From NCBI GenBank assembly GCA_951406725.2, contig OX597816.1, positions 103,292,001 to 103,356,000 on the forward strand: DNA of 64,000 nt, read 5' to 3'. Under the pieces are notes generated by a model, which had not been told where the DNA came from, searched no databases, and saw only the letters and a list, made by a program, of their open reading frames with translations. Of this stretch, positions 55,026-64,000 are shown one piece after another. Both the position numbers and the translations under genes were made by a program. The stretch is from Octopus vulgaris (lineage: Eukaryota). How positions within the stretch are numbered: position 1 is the stretch's first letter; each line of letters begins with the position of its first letter.

Positions 55026-56748
55026 GGAATCGACAGAACATTGGATTAAACCTCATGTGCTATTTAATACTATCTGTTTACATTGTAAGTTCATCTTATG
55101 CCAAAGTTGACTTGTTTCTCATCATTCCAGCTTGGATAAAATAATTACTAGTGATATACTGGAGTCGCTTTAATCGCCTGTACCCTTTCTCAGTATTTCT
55201 AGCAAAGAGCCAATGTCTGAAATCAATGCTTATTCAACCATCAAACTTTCATAATGAAGAATAGTAATTAGTGGCAGGTTAATGATGTCTAGCTTCAGGA
55301 AGAATCAGATTTTAACTAAAATTTGCAATGCTCTTTGTTGTCAGATGCAATAGTGACCAACATTCCGGACAGTACTCTTCTTTTCATTATTTCCGCGATG
55401 AAGAGAAGTAACTGCCGAAATGTTGATCTCTAATTCAACCTATGACACAAATACAACACTACATCACTTAAGTTATTATTCAAATTTAATAACGACTTAC
55501 ACCCAAAACAGTATATAATGACTGTAGTGAAATAAGTTTCTGATTTAACATATACTTAATCCTATTAGGTTATATAAAACACAGTTGAACAACTCGCAAA
55601 CATATTTCATTAATTCTAAAAATATTATCAGGGTTACGTCTCTAAACAAAAGATTCCATTATCTTGCCTATGAACTACTTGAGATATTATCTATTTAAAA
55701 AGAAATCGCTGTCTATTTTTGAACTTGTTGTTAGGTAACTGTTATTATTGATGTATAGCCGTGATATTCGATATATGCCTCGATTAATCAAAGAATAGTA
55801 ACTTCGTTATCTCTACAATCCGTTGTCGTAATGTGAAGTATTTGGCTTGAAAATAAATCTCTTCAGGCTTACTCTACCCCGTTTCGATTATCTACTGGTT
55901 TTTATTAATTTCATTACAATGAAAATTCCTGTTCATAAACGACTGATGGACAACTAAAATCTTATCTTTCAAATTTATATTTGCAACATGATGGAGAGAA
56001 GAATGCTTTGCGATATTTACTCTGGCTCTCTGTGCTCCGTGTTCAAATTTTGCCAAGGGTACCGACCACAAAATCTGTGGTATATCATATTTCAAGAGTT
56101 TCTTGTAGGTTTTCCTTACGCTCATATAAAGAATTAGAAATGAGTGTTAAAGCCCCACTGATTACACTGTGTTTATTTATACTTCCTATCATTTCTATTT
56201 TGTTGCTGTTGCTAGTAGTGGTGTTGCTGCTACTGTTGTTTGGGCTTAGGTTACTCCTGATCAAACAGATGATGAAAGGCATTCTGGCTGTGACAATCCT
56301 ATCAATTTCTTAGAGAATGTGTGGAACTACATCATATCAAGTGCTACTACCCCACTTACGATGGTGAGATGTGATTTGTGGAAGATTTGGCGGCTATTAC
56401 TTAAATCTCGAGCAATTTTATGAACTATATTTTTTCAAGAGAACACCAAGTAACTCGTACAAAAATATGGACAAGCTTTAAAATAATAAGAAATTTCCTT
56501 ATAACTAGTATGGAACATAGACTTGATTTGATACATGTCTAAAAGAACAACTGATGTCCTCATCATATACATACACACATATATGTGTGTGCCTATATAT
56601 ATGCGTGAGTAGATATATGTATATTATATATATACTTATATATTATCTATTTGTATATATGTATGAATATATACTGATATACATATATATCAATATATAT
56701 ATATATACATATAAATATACATATATACATACATATAAATAAATGAAT

Positions 56749-56784
<36 letters not shown>

Positions 56785-56796
56785 TGTATATATATA

Positions 56797-57560
56797 TAGT
56801 TGGAATTTACAGGAAAAGAAATGACGAAGACAGGTGTATGAACAACAAGCAGGTGTATTAGTTTGACACTCGGGAAAGTGAAAAAGTCGTTTACGTCACG
56901 AGCCTACGCTCTTTAACAGAAAGGAATAAGAAAAAATAAACACAGAGAGCATGAAAAAAAGGTCTGGATTTAGCGATCAAGCACGGCGACTAGTTAGGAA
57001 AAAAGTTTGACAGGATAGGTAGAAAAAAGGGGCGATAATAAAGTATTGGTGATCTGAAAACGAAGGAGCGCGTGCGTGTGTGTATGTATGTGAAGATGTG
57101 TAAGTGTGTGTTTGTGGATAGGGTCTAGAAATTTTGATGTGTGTGGATGTGTGCATGTGTTAGTGTGTGCGTCTGTAATGTGTGGGTGTATGGATGATGG
57201 TGTGTGGGTGTGCAGATGATGTTGTGTGGGTGCTGGGGAGTGGTCAGTGCTAGTGTGTGTGGAGTGGTGAGGAGTGGTGTGATGTGGTGTGGTGGCGTGA
57301 GGTGTGGAGTTTTGGGGTGGAGATGGGGTAGGGTGGAGGTGTGAAGTAGGGGTAGGGATTGTGGGGTGGCTGTGTGGGTGTGGGTGGAAGGTGGTATCAA
57401 TGAAGAGAGAAGCTGGGTAGGCGTGAAGAAGGAAGTAGGTGTCAGATGAAGAGAGGAGAGGAGGGGAGTTGAGCACATATGGCGCAAAGGAGCGAAGAGA
57501 GAAGATTAATTCTTGTTCACAGCGAAGGCGGGAGTCCGGATAGTGCTTGTACAAAGACAA
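56797..57560 (-). mobile_element. Penelope-like family 2: GIY-YIG C-terminal remnant, CA-rich 3' region and terminal repeat
   Basis: SRLRCEQELIFSLRSFAPYVLN resembles the PLE endonuclease end RxxxEQxLIFxLxTLxPxGLN; downstream sequence is homologous to 29520-30008. Confidence 0.78.
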
Positions 57561-57602
57561 TCCGAAGACAGACAGGTCTTGTAGTGATATATATATATAT
57601 AT

Positions 57603-57661
<59 letters not shown>

Positions 57662-58017
57662 CAGCTGCTTTTGCATCAATACATTTATAAATAAATTCCC
57701 GAATATAAAGAAGGAAGTCAGAAGTTAAGCTTCAGAAGTAGTCCTTCACAAACAGATAAAATATCCAGAGGTTACATATAAGCGAAAGTGCAAGTGAAAA
57801 GAAAAAAGAACAGATGGTAATTCTTTACAGCTGTTTCATGAATTGATGCAGTAACTGACATTATCTATACATAAATATGCAACAAATTGATATTACCTTA
57901 TGAATATGGAATAAATCAATTTACGCTATAATAGCGTCGCCAGATAATCCCTTCATCGTTCTAGTCGATTATAATACACGGACACACAGACGCATACGCA
58001 CACACACACACACGCAT

Positions 58018-58051
<34 letters not shown>

Positions 58052-59003
58052 CATACACACGCACACACACACAAATATATATCTATACATACATATAACA
58101 TATCTATCTATCAGTTATATACATGTACAATGTATACATGTACAATGTATATACATGTACAATGTACACATACATTTATATATAGATGTCTATATTTGTT
58201 TTAAATAAAAGATACATAGAGAAACGTAGATACAGACGCGCGCGCACATACACATACACACTCACATATATGCATACATACACGCGCATTCACACACACA
58301 CACACACACACATATAAGTCCTACGCATACACATATAAACTATAATATACCTGCGTATATGTATCATACAAAATATGCGTACATCTCTTAACCTAAATAT
58401 GCATAACCTCTTAACTAAAATATGCGTACGTCTATTAACGTATACATTCATACATACAGACATTCATATGAGGAGAGTGATAGGGAGAGAGCGGGAAGAC
58501 AAAATGAAAGTAGGAGAAATTCATTTAAATTCTTTTAGACACTGTATTTTCAAAGATGTTTAATCTTATGTAATTATAGATATATTTAACGAAGAGACCG
58601 TGCAGTGGGATATATTTTGATATATTGCTAATTGTACTTTAAAAAGACATTTACCACTGCAGCATTCCCTAATAAAATTCATCTGTAGCTATAGTGTTTG
58701 CCTCCCTGAACTGAACTGAACAAAGAGATAATGACAACTATTTTAAGAGAATTAGGCATTTTGTCACGTTATATTAGGGTTTATTTCAAATTCGTGTCTT
58801 AAGATTAACTCAATGCTAATGTCCTGCAGGTGAGAATGTAGGGATCTTTCGTGACGATTAACGCTTGATCACGAAAACTGTAGGAGTAAATACCAATATA
58901 CATATATAGTGCCATACACACGTGCGTGCATATAGAAGTTTGTATGTATGTATGTATATTTGTATATATAGATATACATATATTTATGTGTGTGTGTATT
59001 TGC

Positions 59004-59069
<66 letters not shown>

Positions 59070-59173
59070 GCATATATATGTATCAATATGCGTATTTATC
59101 TCTCTCTCTCTCCTTATATACGTACAAACACACACACACACACACTCACACACACATATATGTATATATATAT

Positions 59174-59242
<69 letters not shown>

Positions 59243-61595
59243 TCACACACATATATATAGACAGAAACACACATATAAATATACGTATAGACATAGAATG
59301 TGCGTATTTACGAAAGCAAGATTGTGTGTATGTCTATGTATACATGTAAATATACATATTTGTGAATATGTGCATATGCTTACGTATATACACACACACA
59401 CACATACAGAGAGGGGGAGAGAGATAAAAAGAGAGAACGAGAGCGACGTACACATATACATATTTATATGCATTTACACATTTACATATGTACACATACT
59501 TGCAGACGCATATACACCCGGACACACGCAGTTACTCCATGCGTGTGTTCGTGTGTGTGCACAACGTATAGAAAATTCACTTTGACGGTAACAAATATTG
59601 TGAGAAATAGCTATAGGTGTTGAAACCCAGCTCAGAGATTAGGATATGAAAAGGATTAAAACTGTTCGAAGTGATCATATTATTCGTGGAGCGTTATCAC
59701 CCTAGACTGGTCTTAATTTCCATTAACAGCATCCTTTCTATTTTAAAATATGATCTAAAGGCTGTAGGAGATTCTTTATATGTTGAAGGTCAATATGCTA
59801 TTTTGAATATATTAAATGGGCGTAACAAAAATTCAGCTAGCATAAATTTATGAAACCAGAACAACTACGTATTTATTTATGTTATTTGTTACTACTATCT
59901 CTGTAATATTTGTCTGCTCGTCATATGTGTTCCGGTGTTAAAGTCAACGAAATAGAAATCATAGTCAAAATGTCTAACTTAATGAAACAAGTATAAGTAT
60001 TTCACTTGGAATAATCTTAACTATGGAAAGACATCGGAAACATAATCGAAATTGTCAAGATAATAAAACAATGATACAAAAAGCTATACGTTTATGTTTC
60101 AATACAAATAAGTACATTTATAAAACGTATCCTGATATTTTTTCTTGAAAGCATTGTTATATTTTTAATAGTTTCACCAGGGGATCAAGTACAGTCTCTA
60201 TAATCGCTTTGTTGAGAACTCCAAGTCTGGTGGGAGGAAGGGGAAGAAAAATCACGACTTATTATTGCAGCAGGAAGCAACACATCGCAACAGACAGAAC
60301 TCAGCTTAATTTATCCGGTGGGCCACATATATACATAAATAGTGTATTTATATCTCGATGCATCTTTAGTGGACATCGATCATATATAGAGATATATAGA
60401 GAAATATAAGATACACAGATACAGCTTGGTTGTTAAGAACGTTTCTCTAATGCTGCCTTATGTTGAAGAATATAGCAACTGACAGTTTGATCATACAAGA
60501 AACAGTTATCAAATAACGTATTCTATTATCAGTATTAGCAGTAACATTTAGGATATTGGATTAGAAGTAAAGAATTTAATGATAATGACTGGCAGGATTT
60601 ATATCGGCAGATAGTTTTACTATGGCTGTTGAAATCATGTTTTGTTCTTGGATATGAATTATATCGCACATGCCTTTTCATACTGCAACTAACATATTTT
60701 AATAGGTTTACAGATATTGCGCATCTTATCATAGTCCTTATGATGCGTAGCAAATTCTGGCAATAACTGCATTTCTATTGAATTTATCATTATTGAATTA
60801 ATTGCCGTTAACTGCTATTTTGGAATGACATCCTATCATACAATTTCTAAGCGACGTATCTTTCCACATTAGATCGTATGGCATTTTACGAAGACAATTA
60901 ACAATCTTGAAAAACTTTGTCACTGGAACGTTAAATATGATCTTTCTAATGTTAGATATAAAATATAGCTGACATCAGCTAAAATCAATGTATATTGAAT
61001 TAACAAGAGAAAAAAAATGAGAGCCATTTAACTTGTATTGCTAATACATTTTACGTATTAATCACTGAAAATATACTTTACTATTGACCTTCTGTTGATT
61101 TATTAATAATACGCTGACATTTTCTTCCTATTTCGTTGATCGATAGAACAAAACCGAAATCAATAAGAACACACTTGTCTTCCGCTTGCTCGCACCATAC
61201 AAAACATCTTTTATACGCTTGAGGAATTATATAGGAGCATAATGCTGACACTATCAAAAGATACGTTTGTGTATTGGTAATATTTTATTTAATCGAAACA
61301 CTGAAAACAACGTTCTTGATAAAATGACGAGTGATGAACACGATTGGCTGGAAACTATATCTGGTTAATATTCCGGAGGCCACCTTTAAAATTCTCTCAG
61401 ATTTGTAGGATGCACATAATACGCCAGGGAACATTATTATGGCAAGTAAGCATATAATACATGTAGATGTGTCACAACATATAAGACAGATTAAAACGGA
61501 TACATCAAAGTTAACATTAATATAATATAGTCTATCTAGACGTGCGAAATGCGGAAACCTCTATTTAATCGTTCGACTTGCTACAAATAGCAGAT

Positions 61596-62346
61596 AGGGT
61601 AAAGGGTAAAGACCTTCTTTGATCATGAATGACCACAGGATTGCACTAAGACAGTTACCTTCCGAGGCACAAGTCTGGACAAGGTTGTTTATGGAAGACC
61701 AGCAGTCACCCATGCATACCAGCCTCACCTCTCTACGCCACCGATGTTATCGAAGAGAAAGGCAAAGGCTGATACAGCTTGGCACTAGTGATGTCGCAAC
61801 TGATTTTTACATCTGAGTGAACTGGAGCGACATGAAATAAAGTGACTTTCTCAAGAGCACAACACACATCCCGGTCCGGGAATCGAACTCATGATTGTGA
61901 GCCTGATGCTCTAACCCAGTGGTTCTCAACCGGGGTCCAATCACCAACTATGATCACATAGAGTCTATGTGGTTCTCAACCAGAGTCTATATGGCCCGAA
62001 GGATTCATATAAGATTCTGTGAGGTCCACGTAAAAAAAAAGAGTAAATTAAAGATCCACAATAGAAGTTGAAGGGCCCTTGAAAAAAATGTTGCTTTAGA
62101 TGTAAGGATTGGTATGTATTGCAAGAAACAGCAAGGATTCTTTCCCTAACATTTTACATAGTTCAACCTACGCAAATCAATGTGCGAAAAACAAAACAGG
62201 AATTTTGAAAGACGTTTCTATAAAACCAGATTTTAAAAATTGAATGGCTAGAGGGGTCCATCAGAATAAAATAGTTATCAAAGGGGTCCATAGATAAAAA
62301 ATGGTTGAGAATCACTGCTCTAACTACTGAGCCACGCGTCTTCACA
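61596..62346 (-). mobile_element. tRNA(Arg)-like SINE interrupted by a hAT MITE
   Basis: Matches 52827-53176; the SINE head resumes at 62318 after the insertion. Confidence 0.85.
61917..62317. mobile_element. hAT (Charlie-like) MITE
   Basis: TIR cagtggttctcaacc / ggttgagaatcactg; 8-bp TSD ctctaacc / ctctaact. Confidence 0.88.
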
Positions 62347-63384
62347 AATAATAGCTAAACACCGCTTAAATTACAGACTTGAATAAAGTAAGGAAAGAGA
62401 AATCGTTAGATAACTTAACCCTACATACTTCTAAAAGAAACAAAAAAGCAAGATGGTCATAGTTGGAATGTATTTGATTATAAATCTTGTCTGCTGGATT
62501 AGAGTTTCGCTGAGCCTAAGTAGCAAGAACTAATACAACTACCGTAGCCACAACCACTGTATAAAAGTATCAGAACCTGCTGGAATCATAGGGTTACTTT
62601 TATAATACATATGGCTTGCCTTGCGCATTCAGCCTAGCACGTTCCATCCGTCCTTGATCACTGCCGATTTCTTCTACTACTAGAGAGACAGTAAAAAAAG
62701 AATGTAAGTGTGAGATAAGGAAGAGTCAAACAGTACTGAACAAGAACTTTGTTTACATACACGGAAAGAGTCAAAGACAAATTTAACCTACATGGCATTT
62801 GAGCGTTTAATACAGATACCCGGAACGAACATCGCATGTCTTTCCATCCAACTCTCTAAAAACTCTTCCAAATGAACGCTATTATAAATACTGAACAACA
62901 AATACCATAAAGAGAAGACATGATTGTATCATGTTGCTGGGAAAAAAAAGTAGCTTATATTACAGAAAAATATTTTAAAAAATGTGTTCTTACACAAGCA
63001 AGCAAGAGCTCTGATATTTTGTGGAGAATGTTTCACTTGATTATATGGAACTCAGATTTAGACTAATATTTACTTTTACTGAGCCAATAGAAATTGGACA
63101 ACAAATAATAAAGGAATGTGGCAAAATTCTGCAAAAGCATTTTGCCGTTCTGTTTAATGAAAGAAATTGAAGACATAAAACGAAATTTTTAACATACGTT
63201 GCGCTTGAAACCACAAAATCGAAGATGTAATTAACATTTTTAATTTAATGAGACAATGTTATGAAAATCTGTAAGTTTATGTATGAAAACTGAAATAAGC
63301 ACGTTTTTAAAACGACGGACTTCTACACTGCTATTATGTAACTACATTACTCTAGATATCTTATAGATAAGAATAGCTAAACAC

Positions 63385-63730
63385 ATATAGGGGCATGGCT
63401 ATATCAGTTGCTTGGTAGACCATAATCTTCGTCTTCAAAGTTAGGTCTTTGTTTTTAAATACCTGTCTTGTTAGTTTAACGAAAGCTGAGTTAACCGATC
63501 TGATTCTTCGTTCCACATCTTGCCTAGAATTGCATTTGGTGGAGAACACGCTTCGAAGGTAAACAAAGTGATTAACTTGAACTAGTGGTGTGCTCGAAAT
63601 GACAATATTAAAGTCCAGAAGGGCAGGATTCGGGGCTGGTTGGGCGGGGACTTGAGTATTTTTAAGTATCTTCAGTAAGCCCAAAACGTTGATATGCATT
63701 GGTGTAATTATCGACAGCTTTTTGCAGTTC
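63385..63730 (-). pseudogene. RTE (BovB-like) LINE RT C-terminal fragment
   Basis: AVDNYTNAYQRFGL, then VNHFVYLRSVFS...DVERRIRSVNSAFVKLTRQVFKNKDLTLKTKIMVYQA. Confidence 0.85.
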
Positions 63731-64000
63731 AATATATAATTACACATTCAATTATACATCAAGCAATATGTGAATAACTAAAAACATTTATGAAAAATGA
63801 AAGATGACGCAACGCCTTGTGGAGCGCAAATTCATTAGATTGTTCAACAAATTCAGGGATCAGTTTTCAAAATTGCATATTTTTTAGGACATAATTTGGG
63901 CGTTTCTCAGTAAAGATTAATATATACAGGAAGCATTAAAAATATATCAAAAATGTAAACTGACTATGTATAAATCGACATCTTCCTCCTCTTCGTTATA

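Noticed and set aside
57820-57960. Minus-strand cgatgaaggg...GAAACAGCTGTA, possible third Penelope hammerhead type
   Set aside because: Core incomplete and stems not demonstrable from this single copy
58926-59585. 219-aa ORF and the many similar YI/HT/CV/RE-repeat ORFs across the window
   Set aside because: Products of (TA)n, (CA)n, (GA)n and (CATA)n microsatellites

Overview
AT-rich, microsatellite-dense eukaryotic DNA. The SINE families and repeat landscape strongly suggest an octopus (coleoid cephalopod) intron or intergenic region; this is inferred from memory, not from a database search. No intact host protein-coding gene is supported, and almost all listed ORFs are translations of simple repeats. 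The window is a graveyard of mobile elements: three SINE-like families (several with clear TSDs, one dimeric), two Penelope-like retroelement families carrying minimal hammerhead-ribozyme motifs, decayed non-LTR RT fragments, a decayed hAT transposase, weaker piggyBac-like and Academ-like remnants, a Helitron 3' end, and several MITEs/fold-backs, some nested. Most notable observations: a tRNA-like Pol III cassette (A box, B box, TTTT) enclosed by ~85-bp inverted repeats; a Penelope family whose hammerhead core has U instead of the conserved A6 in all four copies; a young GG-ended, 8-bp-TSD MITE carrying TTAGGG repeats; and a perfect 35-bp palindrome inside an otherwise heavily decayed hAT transposase.
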